A stretch of DNA of 59,474 nucleotides. Source: an uncultured Candidatus Saccharibacteria bacterium. Its GTDB lineage: Bacteria > Patescibacteriota > Minisyncoccia > Phycocordibacterales > UBA9973. The notes beneath the pieces are model-generated. The model saw nothing but the letters and a program-made list of their open reading frames with translations. It was not told the DNA's origin and did not search any database. Where the stretch lies: contig CAZLWF010000005.1 of assembly GCA_964563615.1 (NCBI GenBank), positions 1-59,474 of the forward strand, written 5' to 3'. The translations under genes and the position numbers were made by a program. Positions within the stretch are counted from its first letter, which is position 1. Each line of letters opens with the position of its first letter. Below are positions 37,553 to 47,546 of this stretch, piece by piece.

Positions 37553-37744
37553 ATGCTTAAATGGAGTGTCATTTTTCTCGTCATTGCGATTATTGCGGGC
37601 TTACTAGGTTTTACAACAATTGCTGGAACTTCAATCACAATTGCAAAAGTACTTTTCTTTGTATTTTTAGTTATATTTATTATTACCTTACTTATTGGAG
37701 GAGCGTTATTTAAAGGTATTAAAAATACAATTTCAAAGCAATAA
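37553..37744 (+). CDS. DUF1328 (YtjA-like) small membrane protein
   Basis: [25 protein letters not shown]...AKVLFFVFL. Confidence 0.88.
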   Translation: MLKWSVIFLVIAIIAGLLGFTTIAGTSITIAKVLFFVFLVIFIITLLIGGALFKGIKNTISKQ

Positions 37745-37763
37745 AATTCCTTATTGTTGAAAT

Positions 37764-37788
37764 AAAAACTCCCATTTCGGGAGTTTTT
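37764..37788. terminator. Bidirectional intrinsic terminator
   Basis: aaaaactccc-atttc-gggagttttt. Confidence 0.8.
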
Positions 37789-37794
37789 ATAATT

Positions 37795-39537
37795 TTATAT
37801 GCGTTCACCTATTTGCTGGCGCCACATGGCAAAGTAAAGACCTTTTTTGTCTAATAGCTCATCATGATTTCCGACTTCGACTATGTTGCCTTTTTCTAAC
37901 ACATAGATACGGTCAGCATGCATAATAGTTGAGAGTCGGTGTGCAATAAGGACAGAAATTCTTTCATTACCAGCTGATACATCACGGATAGTTTTAGTAA
38001 TTTCTTCTTCAGTAATTGAATCAAGTGATGATGTTGCCTCATCAAAAATAAGAATAGTTGGTTTACGCAATAAAGCCCTGGCAACAGACAGACGTTGTTT
38101 TTCACCTCCTGAAACTTTCACTCCACCTTCGCCAATAACAGTATCGAGCCCTGCTCCACCGCGTGCAAGCAAGTTCTGGCATTGCGCTGATGCAAGTGCA
38201 TCTAAACATTCCTCGTCAGTTGCATGTGGATTTACAAAGAGGAGATTCTCTCGTATCGTGCCAGCAAAAAGTTGAGTATCTTGGGTGACAAATCCAAACT
38301 GTCCTCGCAATATATTCATGTCTAATACGTGCATAGGAATGTCATTAAAAGTTATTTCTCCAGATTTTGGTGTATATAACCCAACTAATAACTTAACCAA
38401 ACTGGTTTTTCCTGAACCGGATGGCCCGACGAAAGCAATTGTCTCGCCTTTTGTTACTTCAAATGTAATATTTTCAAGCGCTGCATTTCCTGCACTTTTA
38501 TATTTAAATGAAATATCTTTAAACGCAACATGTGTAATATTTGATATCTGAGTACTATTTTTAGGTTTTGCTTCCGACGGCGCTTGCATAATCTCTTCAA
38601 AGCGTTTAAGCGCAACCTGTGCTTCTCGATAGCTATTGATAACATTACCGAGCTCTTGGAGCGGCTGAAAAATAAAGAATGAGTATATGTAGAGAGAGAA
38701 GAATTGGCCAAAAGTAACAATTTTTGCAAATACGAGATAGAGCAGGAATGCCAATATCAGCGTGCGCATTAAATTGATAAGCGTTCCTTGTACAAAGGAA
38801 ATACTTCTAATGTAGCGTAGCTTCTTGAGTTCAAGCTTAAGTATTTTATCTGTTGTCGAATTCAGCCGATTTATTTCTTGACTAACTAGTCCCAAACTTT
38901 TCACAAGCTCAATATTTCGAAGTGACTCAGTCGTTGATCCAGCTAATGCTGTTGTTTCAGCTAAAATGATTTTCTGAATCTTTTTTACCTTAGCTGTTAA
39001 GGCATATGATAGTCCACCAATAATGGGGATAGTAAGCGCATATACAACAGCGACACCCCAATAAATTTTAGCGGCGTATATCGTGACAAAAATAAATCCG
39101 ATAATCGAAACAAACAAGACATTAATGAAAGCATTTATAAATGCTTCACTTGAGGTTCTTACTTTCTGCAAAGTGCCGAGTGTCTCACCACTGCGCTGGT
39201 CTTCGAATACTTCATACGGCAATGCGAGAGAATGTTCAATGCCATCATTGTAGATTTTCGCACCAGTTCGTTGGGTGACAGTATTCAAGTAATAGTCTTG
39301 AAAATTTTTCGCGACACGTGATACAAAGGCTACCCCAACCGCAAGCAATAAGAGATACGATACACCTCTAAAAAACTCACCAAAGGTAAAGGAGTCAAAC
39401 TTAGTTGCATAGTCATCTATAATATGACGAAAAATGAGTGGGTCTAATAGTGAGAAAGTTTGATTGATTGCTGCCAATAGAATTACTCCCACACAAAGCC
39501 ATGCATGTTGTTTTAAATATGAGACAAGAATCTTCAT
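37795..39537 (-). CDS. ABC exporter, fused permease/ATPase (MsbA/MdlB-like)
   Basis: Multi-pass membrane domain, GPSGSGKT, VSGGEKQR, FDEATSSLD and IAHRLST. The start MKILVS overlaps the upstream TGA. Confidence 0.92.
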   Translation of the reverse strand: MKILVSYLKQHAWLCVGVILLAAINQTFSLLDPLIFRHIIDDYATKFDSFTFGEFFRGVSYLLLLAVGVAFVSRVAKNFQDYYLNTVTQRTGAKIYNDGIEHSLALPYEVFEDQRSGETLGTLQKVRTSSEAFINAFINVLFVSIIGFIFVTIYAAKIYWGVAVVYALTIPIIGGLSYALTAKVKKIQKIILAETTALAGSTTESLRNIELVKSLGLVSQEINRLNSTTDKILKLELKKLRYIRSISFVQGTLINLMRTLILAFLLYLVFAKIVTFGQFFSLYIYSFFIFQPLQELGNVINSYREAQVALKRFEEIMQAPSEAKPKNSTQISNITHVAFKDISFKYKSAGNAALENITFEVTKGETIAFVGPSGSGKTSLVKLLVGLYTPKSGEITFNDIPMHVLDMNILRGQFGFVTQDTQLFAGTIRENLLFVNPHATDEECLDALASAQCQNLLARGGAGLDTVIGEGGVKVSGGEKQRLSVARALLRKPTILIFDEATSSLDSITEEEITKTIRDVSAGNERISVLIAHRLSTIMHADRIYVLEKGNIVEVGNHDELLDKKGLYFAMWRQQIGERI

Positions 39538-40034
39538 GCTGTAATTTGAGGAGCTGGCGCATCCATACCTGCCCAAAGATTAATCGTACCAATCGAGGCA
39601 TCACTACTGGCTTTGATATACAAGAATAGCTGCATTTTATATGCTGTTATCATTTTTAACGCATCTAAAATAAAAAATCTTTTCTCTGCAGTCCTACCCC
39701 AAAGTGAGAGCACCTTTGCTAGTTCAGCATCATTAAATTTCTCATATAGCTCTTTCATTTCTATCTCTTGTTTATCCATCATTTCGGCAAAATTCTCTAG
39801 TGTTACCCCTTCCGACTCTGTGATATATCCTGTAAAACCTTCAGTTCTTTCTTCAAGCACAGCTCGAAATACTCCTTTGCCCATTCTTGCTATGTACTGC
39901 ATAAGCTCAAGTGTCGTTCTTTGTTTTTCTGTTGGTTTATGATCAAGCCCATCTGGTGATATTTTCTCTCCTAGGTGCTTAATGATTCTTATTTCATTGG
40001 TAAATGATGCCCAGATTTCTTCTTTTGTATACAT
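39534..40034 (-). CDS. DinB/YfiT-like four-helix protein
   Basis: 166 aa helical protein with KPTEKQRTTLELMQYI...YKMQLFLYIKAS. This resembles DinB-fold proteins but lacks the metal histidines. Confidence 0.5.
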   Translation of the reverse strand: MYTKEEIWASFTNEIRIIKHLGEKISPDGLDHKPTEKQRTTLELMQYIARMGKGVFRAVLEERTEGFTGYITESEGVTLENFAEMMDKQEIEMKELYEKFNDAELAKVLSLWGRTAEKRFFILDALKMITAYKMQLFLYIKASSDASIGTINLWAGMDAPAPQITA

Positions 40035-40080
40035 ATAAATAAAATGATTACTAAGTCCCGAAAGTATAGCAAACTATAAT

Positions 40081-40115
40081 AAAAAAATCCTCTTACTTTG
40101 GTAGAGGATTTTTTT
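40081..40115 (-). terminator. Intrinsic terminator
   Basis: aaaaaaatcctct-tactttggt-agaggattttttt. Confidence 0.75.
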
Positions 40116-40125
40116 ATTATAGTTC

Positions 40126-40833
40126 TTATTTACCAAAAGCTTTAAGACCAGCAAGGATTTTTCTACCATCAATTGTCGCAGCATGTAAATCAGCTGAACC
40201 CTGCTTAATCATTGCACGTATGGTTTTTGCAATAGCGACGTTTTGGGTATTCATTGTTTCATCACCTAAAATCGTTGCAGCTGCAATTTTGCCATTATTG
40301 TATTGCACTTCTGCATCAGCTAATCTAGCTTTCATGTCGGCAAGTGTATTTGTGATGCTTGTTACATCATGACCAGCCGTCTTGGCTTCCCCAATCCGTA
40401 TTTCAAATTCTTCTACTGTATCACCCATCAAATCAGTCCTAACATCCATATTAAGAGCACGCATCTGCATATGTGTTTTAAGAGAGGTTATACCATACAT
40501 ACGAACAGATTGCATAAGTGATTTTATTGTAGCGCTATCAGTCCCTGAAGCTGCACTAGCTTTTATTTTTTCGAGTCCAGCAATAGTAGTCTGCGCATTT
40601 TGCGTAAGCATTGCTTTTTCTTCAGTAGTAATTAATTTGGTTTGAATGGCTATGATAAGATTTTGTAAATATGAGATTCTCTCATCAATCCGTTCAGTTA
40701 AACTAGTGACACTCTCAGTATTGCTTTCGCTGTGCTTCCGATTTGCAGCAGTGGCAGTTATAGGCACTACGCCAATGCACATAATAAAAACTAACATTAC
40801 GCCAACAACTGTAGCTTTATTCCAAAATTTCAT
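40126..40833 (-). CDS. Secreted alpha-helical/coiled-coil protein
   Basis: Signal peptide and a helical core (FEIRIGEAKTAGHDVT) similar to 28317-29129. Confidence 0.65.
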   Translation of the reverse strand: MKFWNKATVVGVMLVFIMCIGVVPITATAANRKHSESNTESVTSLTERIDERISYLQNLIIAIQTKLITTEEKAMLTQNAQTTIAGLEKIKASAASGTDSATIKSLMQSVRMYGITSLKTHMQMRALNMDVRTDLMGDTVEEFEIRIGEAKTAGHDVTSITNTLADMKARLADAEVQYNNGKIAAATILGDETMNTQNVAIAKTIRAMIKQGSADLHAATIDGRKILAGLKAFGK

Positions 40834-40914
40834 ATATATCTAAAAAGTTACCAATAATAATACAGATAGTACTGTTGACGAGTTGCCACTCAAACTGTGA
40901 CAAGGAGAAGTTAC

Positions 40915-41691
40915 TTATGAAAATCTAGCAAGTATGGCTGCTATCCATGCATGCCACTCAACTGGCTCACCGCCATGATCAACTTCATCTCGCTCTTTAA
41001 CAGATTGCAAATAATAATCTATCATTGACGGATCAATAGTAATGCCAGGATAAGGCTCTTGGGACGCTGGCACTCGATTAACAACTTTTTGCACCAATGT
41101 CTTAAGTCTAATATCTGCCAATCCATATTTTTGAAGCATAATGGTCTGCACCTCTGGATCACCAACCTTAAATACTTCGTAAACTATCTTGTCGTAATTG
41201 CCAAATTGACCAATAGTAGGATCAATGTACATAAATCTGTTGTCAAAGTAGATTTCAAGCCATGCATGATCAACCATATGTTGGTCTTTTTTACTTTCTT
41301 GATTCTGAAAAGCAAAGCTGAATCGCTCAACTATTTCATGTGTATTGCCGTGATAGGTAGCACCAATCGGAAGCTCATTATCAAAAAATTTTTGATTAAG
41401 TACTTTTGCAAGTGCATAACTTGACGGGCCACACCCCCACGATGGGACATTATTTTCTTCTGCTAGTGCTGTCACAGTCGTAATAAATTGAGGTGAAATA
41501 CTATCCAGATACTCTCCAATTTCTATGATTTTTTTATCATCATCGCTTTGCCAAAAAATAATAGGGGTATTTTGGGTTCTAGCTGTATATATCTGCCAGC
41601 TAAGTTGACCAAGAGTAAGCAGCAGTGCAATACTAGCAATATAGAAAGTTACCCCAACCTTTCTGTTCATTTTTATTGTTTGGTTTTCCAT
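40915..41691 (-). CDS. Membrane-anchored transglutaminase-like (Cys-His-Asp) protein
   Basis: TM anchor, WGCGPSS and DHAWLE...YIDPT. Start set at MENQTI. Confidence 0.65.
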   Translation of the reverse strand: MENQTIKMNRKVGVTFYIASIALLLTLGQLSWQIYTARTQNTPIIFWQSDDDKKIIEIGEYLDSISPQFITTVTALAEENNVPSWGCGPSSYALAKVLNQKFFDNELPIGATYHGNTHEIVERFSFAFQNQESKKDQHMVDHAWLEIYFDNRFMYIDPTIGQFGNYDKIVYEVFKVGDPEVQTIMLQKYGLADIRLKTLVQKVVNRVPASQEPYPGITIDPSMIDYYLQSVKERDEVDHGGEPVEWHAWIAAILARFS

Positions 41692-41729
41692 ACAGATCAC
41701 TCAATAGCCAAATGTCGTGTCTATAGTAA

Positions 41730-41975
41730 CTAATTATCCTTCTTGTCTCCTTGCTGTGGTGTTGTGTGTACATGGATAACAGTTTCATCTCGAGATGCTG
41801 GGATAATAAGAATTGAGATGCCATATGCAATAAGTCCAGGGATGAGACCTGTCACAAATGACAGAAAAAGAAATATCACTCGAATAAGTACTGGATCTAT
41901 TTCAAAATATTCTCCTACGCCACCACAAATGCCACTTACTACTCGATTTGTCTCACTTCGGTAAAGTCTTTTCAT
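41730..41975 (-). CDS. PspC domain protein
   Basis: KRLYRSETNRVVSGICGGVGEYFEIDPVLIRV. Confidence 0.92.
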   Translation of the reverse strand: MKRLYRSETNRVVSGICGGVGEYFEIDPVLIRVIFLFLSFVTGLIPGLIAYGISILIIPASRDETVIHVHTTPQQGDKKDN

Positions 41976-42007
41976 GTGAGTAGTATAGCAAGTAACAAGT
42001 TGCCTTA

Positions 42008-42043
42008 CTAATTAAAAAATACCCGAAGGTATTTTTTAATTAG
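42008..42043 (-). terminator. Intrinsic terminator
   Basis: ctaattaaaaaatacc-cgaa-ggtattttttaattag inverted repeat. Confidence 0.7.
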
Positions 42044-42045
42044 TC

Positions 42046-44523
42046 TTATAATTTTGGACATGTTTCTTGAGCCCAGGTGGTGTAGAGACCTTGTGTTATC
42101 TTACCCCATAGACCATCCACTTTAGTTCCGAGAATCGTCTGGGCTGTTTTAATACCAGTCAAGGATTTTGGACCAATAATACCGTCCGTCACTAGCTGAG
42201 GTGTAGCTGCATCTAGCTGATTAACAGCCTTTTGTACCACTTTTGCGTCTTCACCTTTGAGTCCAATCTTAACCAATACATTAGGTGTCCCAACAATTTC
42301 ACATCCGAGAGTATAGCCACTAGGATCTATTTCATTATCATCGACGGTGCTTGTACAACCCGGATCACTTGGATAATCCATCTTGCCATCTCCATCATTG
42401 TCTTGCCCATCACTGCAACTATACGAAATATAGTTGCCGCCTGAACCTAATGGAGGAGCCGGAGTATCTTCGACTATAACTTCTTCATCAGACTCGTCAT
42501 CATCGCTTGCAGTTGTACAGCCCGGATCATTCTCATCCGAAAGACTATCTCCGTCATTATCAACACCATCTCCACACTGATAGGTTACTGTATTTCCGGT
42601 TGTAAAGGTTTGGTCAGGAGAACTTACTGTATTACTGCTTTCATCAGTTGATATGATCGACGCATGGTAGAGCGTACCCGGAGTTAGGTCGTGCAATGTA
42701 ACAGAGTGACTTGTAACTCGTGGCAGTGTATCACTTGTCCCAGTCGTTAATCCATAACCCGTTGTGGTGCCATAATTAACGAGCGTCGAAGCTAATTCGT
42801 CAGTTGTCCAAGTTATTACTGCTGTTGTATCTGTTGGAGAAATAGTAATGCTCGATAATACTGGATCTATAGTATCTGGGGCATCCGGCGTCACTTCTGT
42901 ATAACTAAAGCCTGATGAACAGCCAGAGACATTGCCAGAACTATCAGTTGCTGTTGATCGGAATGTTGTTGTTGAATTGTCTGCAACTGAGACAGTGAGA
43001 CCTGGGGAGGCAAATTTATTTGATGTGCCTGAAATAATAACACTTCCAGCACATGTGCTATCTGCGTATATTTTTACTGTTGTACCGCTTGGTGCTGTTC
43101 CTTTTAGTTTAGGGCTGTTATTGTTAGAACCAGAAATTGGATTAGAAGAGCTTATTGTTGGGGTTACTGGTAAAACAACAGCGAGAGTGGTAAAGAAATT
43201 ATCCGACGAAGCTCCAATATTCCCTGCTGCATCTTTTGATTTTACAGAAAAATGATACAGCGTATTTGCAGCTAGTCCGGTTATCGTCACGCTATGGTTA
43301 GTCACTTTCGGTGAAATATTTGTTTCACTTGTCGAATTAGTGTACGAAGTCGTTGTCCCGTAATCAACACTTGATGAAGATGCTTCGTTGGTAGTCCAGG
43401 TAATAGTTGCCGTCGTTTGTGTAGGCGTAACCCCTATCGAAGAGATTACAGGATCAGTAGCATCCGGCGTCACTTCTGTATAACTAAAGCCTGATGAACA
43501 GCCAGAGACATTGCCAGAACTATCAGTTGCTGTTGATCGGAATGTTGTTGTTGAATTGTCTGCAACTGAGACAGTGAGACCTGGGGAGGCAAAGGCTGCC
43601 GCAGTTCCTGAAGCAACTGGACTTCCACTACAGCTAACTGTTGTATAAAGTGCAACAGTCGTACCCGCATCAGCAGAGCCTAATAGCTTTGGACTATTGT
43701 TGTTTGACCCGGAAATTGGATTCGATGAAGTGATAGCTGGTGTAGCTGGAAGAATAACAACAGCTGTGTCTGTTGTAAATGTATTATCTGAAGAAGTACC
43801 TGTATTACCACTTGCATCTTTTGATTTCACATCAAAATGGTAAGCCGTATTTTGTGTAAGACCAGTTATCGTAACTGAGTGTTGAGTTACCATAGGCAAT
43901 ACATCCTCCTCAGTCGTTGTGCCATATGAAATAGTGCGACCATACTCGACGATTGAAGATGCATCTTCATTAGTACTCCACGTTATGGTTGCCGATGTTT
44001 CTCCTGGATTGACTGCAATTGAGGAAATGATTGGAGCACTTGTATCTGGAACAATAACATCCGTTATAACAACAGTAATCGGATCACTTTGCTCTGATGT
44101 ATTACCACTTCCATCAGTTGCAGAAACTGCAAATTTATAGGTACCAGCGGTAAGACCACTGATTGTAGCTGTATTTGTTGTAACCGTTGCTACGATATTA
44201 CTTGTCTTTTCATTTATATTTTGCGTTGCATTCGGGGTAAGGGCACTCTTGATACTGCTACCAAAATCAACAATACTATTAACAACAGTTGAGAATGTAC
44301 TTTCTTGTTTTGGCACTGGGGTTGGTGTAGGTGTCTCTGGCTCTGATTGAGTAGGTCTTTGGCGTGGAGTATCAGTTACTCTTGGTTCAGATGTATCAAT
44401 AACTCTAGCAACGCCGGTAAAATTTTGGTTACTGTGGGTCAAAACAAAATAACCACCACCAAGTATAACGGCCAAAAGTAAAAGTACTTTTACTGCGTTG
44501 TAGTTCGGATTAGAGAAATTCAT
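42046..44523 (-). CDS. Surface protein with FN3/Ig-like repeats, two Cys/Asp-rich motifs and a C-terminal peptidoglycan-binding domain
   Basis: N-terminal TM helix, ATITWxTNE..SS.V.YG repeats and CxDGxDNDGD..xxDPGC twice. The PG_binding_1-like end reads GEDAKVVQKAVN...DGIIGPKS...VDGLWG. Confidence 0.85.
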   Translation of the reverse strand: MNFSNPNYNAVKVLLLLAVILGGGYFVLTHSNQNFTGVARVIDTSEPRVTDTPRQRPTQSEPETPTPTPVPKQESTFSTVVNSIVDFGSSIKSALTPNATQNINEKTSNIVATVTTNTATISGLTAGTYKFAVSATDGSGNTSEQSDPITVVITDVIVPDTSAPIISSIAVNPGETSATITWSTNEDASSIVEYGRTISYGTTTEEDVLPMVTQHSVTITGLTQNTAYHFDVKSKDASGNTGTSSDNTFTTDTAVVILPATPAITSSNPISGSNNNSPKLLGSADAGTTVALYTTVSCSGSPVASGTAAAFASPGLTVSVADNSTTTFRSTATDSSGNVSGCSSGFSYTEVTPDATDPVISSIGVTPTQTTATITWTTNEASSSSVDYGTTTSYTNSTSETNISPKVTNHSVTITGLAANTLYHFSVKSKDAAGNIGASSDNFFTTLAVVLPVTPTISSSNPISGSNNNSPKLKGTAPSGTTVKIYADSTCAGSVIISGTSNKFASPGLTVSVADNSTTTFRSTATDSSGNVSGCSSGFSYTEVTPDAPDTIDPVLSSITISPTDTTAVITWTTDELASTLVNYGTTTGYGLTTGTSDTLPRVTSHSVTLHDLTPGTLYHASIISTDESSNTVSSPDQTFTTGNTVTYQCGDGVDNDGDSLSDENDPGCTTASDDDESDEEVIVEDTPAPPLGSGGNYISYSCSDGQDNDGDGKMDYPSDPGCTSTVDDNEIDPSGYTLGCEIVGTPNVLVKIGLKGEDAKVVQKAVNQLDAATPQLVTDGIIGPKSLTGIKTAQTILGTKVDGLWGKITQGLYTTWAQETCPKL
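42881..43593. repeat. Perfect 134-bp intragenic direct repeat
   Basis: 42881-43014 is identical to 43460-43593 by base-by-base reading. Confidence 0.92.
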
Positions 44524-44595
44524 ATTGGTTTTAATTTTACCATACTAATACAATTAAGTTAAACACTAATCTATATACATAATGTTTCCTTCTGG

Positions 44596-47493
44596 TTAAT
44601 TCAAAATTTTTGCAATATTGCTATAATTTTGCGGACAGCCACCCACAATAACATCTGTATATAGTTTAGCGAAAATATCTGGAATAATTTCATCTGCATG
44701 ACCTACTTTATGACCTGTGCCAGGCCAATGGGTAAACGTAGATGGGATAACAGCCATAATCTGGTCAAAAGCACTTTTAACTGATGTGTATTCAAGCGTA
44801 TGGTCATCTTCACCATGATAATCATGCATTGGTCCATCATTTACATCAAGAAACGTATTTAGCATGGTCATCGTTACACCGCCCGGATGTCCAGCTGCAG
44901 AACAAATCCATGAAGGTTCATTCATATTACTCAAGCTCACTCTTGCATCGCTTGTAATCGCCGCATTATTCATATTGTTACCTAGCATGTCAGCTGTAAA
45001 TGAGGTAAGGCCACCTGCTGAGGTACCGGTTGCGACAATGCGGTTTTTATCAAAATTATAAACTCCTGCATTCGCGCGGGCCCATCGTACCGCAGCCGCA
45101 AGATCTGTACCTGCCAAAATTTGATTAGCATTATTAAAATTGCCACCGCCTTCACCTCGATAGTTTATCGATGCACATGCCCAGCCCCGCATAGTGAAAT
45201 CTTTACACCACCCACTATCAGCTTTATCTCCTCCGCCACCATGAAGATTAAACGCAAGTGGCAATCGTTCATTAGATTCATTTGGTGGTAAATATAAATC
45301 TAGAAATAGTTCTGTATTATCACCGTCTGGCGCAGTTGCATATTGATAGGTATTTTTTGATACTTCTGAAAAAGCAAAAATCTCATTGCAGTAGCGTAGC
45401 GTTCCCGTATCATTACCATTGCTCGTAACGCAATTTGTCCCGCCGCCCACGGTACTACCTGACTCATCCTCCCCTTCAATCTGATACACCGTATACTCTG
45501 CGACATTACCACTATCATCAGTTGATGCATCCCACGAGAGAGTGGCTGATGAGGGTGTTGTTGATTGGGTGGCAAGATTAGTTGGGATAGATGGTGGAGT
45601 GGTGTCATCGGCAAGTGTAGCAAGACCAAGTCCTTCAATTTTTGTTATAGAATATTTTGCCAATGAAACACAGTCTGTTCCTGTTGCTTGTGATTCACCG
45701 ATCATGCAAGATGTTATCGGTGTAATTTGATCAAATAGGTTATCAGTAACCATGAGATCCATATTTTCAGCATCAGGATTTCTGTCATCCCCTATACCGT
45801 AGGTTGAAGAAAGTGATTCTCCTTTTATCCAAGAAACTGACAGAGTTGCCTGAGGATCACTAATTGCCTCTCCGTTTATTTCGATCGTCGAAAGTGGCAC
45901 CACTCGATCAGACCAGTTTATAAAATAATATGTTTTTTCACTCGTGAGAATATCCTCGAAACCATAGACTTGGAATTGCCCTTGTGGGACACCACTTACA
46001 GTTGATTGGAGATCAATTACTTTTTGATGCCCTGAGAAAACATCTTTAATGAGTTTGTACGTCAATCCAGAAACATAGAGCTTTAGTGGCGCTGAATCAT
46101 AACTGCCCGTACTGTTATACACTTCATTATCAGGGATTTGCTGGTCTTTAGTTGCGGGATTAATGCTTTTGGCAACTTTTTGCTTTCCTAGAACATGACT
46201 TGAATATCCTCCCAAATTCGTACTCGAAGCACTTGCAATAATGTTGTCATGCGTATGGTTAAATTGTGCAAGTTTGAACAGATACTCAGCCTCAAATGCA
46301 GCGTTGGCTATAGTATTATTGAATGCAGCAGCGGTAAAATTAGATGTCAATTGACTTTGATCGTAATTGTTGATTTCTTTTTGCGTAACTCTAAATTTAT
46401 GATTACCAAAATAGCTTGTATAGCTCGTAAGTGCAGCTTGCATTTTGCCATCTAAAAATTCTCGACTCTTATCACGGAAGCAGTCAAATATATCTATACC
46501 AGGATGTTGCGATGGATCACAGACATTATCATAATCCACCAAATCATCACCATTTAAGTAGGTGCCATACTCAATATTTACTATATCGCTAAAACCAATT
46601 TTACAATTTGGATCAGAACTTGTTGAGTCCCCTTTAATACACTTATTCCAACTCGAACTTGCACCGTAGTCTTGTGCATCTTTTTTAGGCTTCTTCACGT
46701 GAATCTGAATTTTCAAATCTGGCATGTTATGAGTTTGAGCCCAAGCTTGTATTGCCAAAGCAAGAGGATGAACGCGTGCCACAAAGTGACTTGCACTTGT
46801 AAATGCTTGCACTCCTTGTGTTGTCGACGGAGCTTCAACACTACACTCTGAGCAAAGCTGCACACCTTCAAGTACAACACCTGGATGGTTGCTACGTATG
46901 TCATTAAGCAGTGCAATATTTTCATCAATCATTTTCTGTATACTTCCTGGATCAGTTGGGATTGGTGCGGTGAGCGGCATACCATCAGCTACTTGTGTAA
47001 CAACATTCAACGAATAAGTCGCTACTGGTCGGCGCATGTGTGGAATAACATTCAAGAACTTATCGTGAAAACGAGCGATGTTAGTATACTTGGTTGTATA
47101 GTTTTGTTCAGTTTCTTTTGTGCCATCGCCGTTCCAAAAGTCAGTTTCATTGGCACGAAATCCTTCTCCCCACCCGTCGAAATGTGCATAGTTGGCATTT
47201 ACTCCTGGTAGATAACGGAGCATATTGAGCCCTGTGTCATTTAATGCATTAAAAAAATCCTGGTTTTCAACGTTATAAAAACTATCAATCTGATTATCGA
47301 GGCCAGAAGACAGTAGTGACGGCAAGACTGCACCATCGTAAATTAGACCACCAATGTCAATTGTTTGTGCACCATTAAAATTAGTCCTACGTACTATATT
47401 GAAAACTATAAAAATTCCAAGCACAATAATAACAAGTATTAATAGGAGAATTTTGACAACATTGTACTCTGGTTTTCTTAAAAAATTAAACAT
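44596..47493 (-). CDS. Surface protein with a clan-A-like glycoside hydrolase barrel, FN3 and an alpha/beta esterase
   Basis: TM anchor, LRYLPG...LCSE barrel motifs and a DTTPPSIPTNL...LSWDASTD FN3. The esterase shows LHGGGG, GTSAGG, HGEDD and GH. Confidence 0.75.
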   Translation of the reverse strand: MFNFLRKPEYNVVKILLLILVIIVLGIFIVFNIVRRTNFNGAQTIDIGGLIYDGAVLPSLLSSGLDNQIDSFYNVENQDFFNALNDTGLNMLRYLPGVNANYAHFDGWGEGFRANETDFWNGDGTKETEQNYTTKYTNIARFHDKFLNVIPHMRRPVATYSLNVVTQVADGMPLTAPIPTDPGSIQKMIDENIALLNDIRSNHPGVVLEGVQLCSECSVEAPSTTQGVQAFTSASHFVARVHPLALAIQAWAQTHNMPDLKIQIHVKKPKKDAQDYGASSSWNKCIKGDSTSSDPNCKIGFSDIVNIEYGTYLNGDDLVDYDNVCDPSQHPGIDIFDCFRDKSREFLDGKMQAALTSYTSYFGNHKFRVTQKEINNYDQSQLTSNFTAAAFNNTIANAAFEAEYLFKLAQFNHTHDNIIASASSTNLGGYSSHVLGKQKVAKSINPATKDQQIPDNEVYNSTGSYDSAPLKLYVSGLTYKLIKDVFSGHQKVIDLQSTVSGVPQGQFQVYGFEDILTSEKTYYFINWSDRVVPLSTIEINGEAISDPQATLSVSWIKGESLSSTYGIGDDRNPDAENMDLMVTDNLFDQITPITSCMIGESQATGTDCVSLAKYSITKIEGLGLATLADDTTPPSIPTNLATQSTTPSSATLSWDASTDDSGNVAEYTVYQIEGEDESGSTVGGGTNCVTSNGNDTGTLRYCNEIFAFSEVSKNTYQYATAPDGDNTELFLDLYLPPNESNERLPLAFNLHGGGGDKADSGWCKDFTMRGWACASINYRGEGGGNFNNANQILAGTDLAAAVRWARANAGVYNFDKNRIVATGTSAGGLTSFTADMLGNNMNNAAITSDARVSLSNMNEPSWICSAAGHPGGVTMTMLNTFLDVNDGPMHDYHGEDDHTLEYTSVKSAFDQIMAVIPSTFTHWPGTGHKVGHADEIIPDIFAKLYTDVIVGGCPQNYSNIAKILN

Positions 47494-47546
47494 GTATAAA
47501 TAGTATACCAGCTTCTTATCTTTTTTTGCTATACAGGTACATCCTG

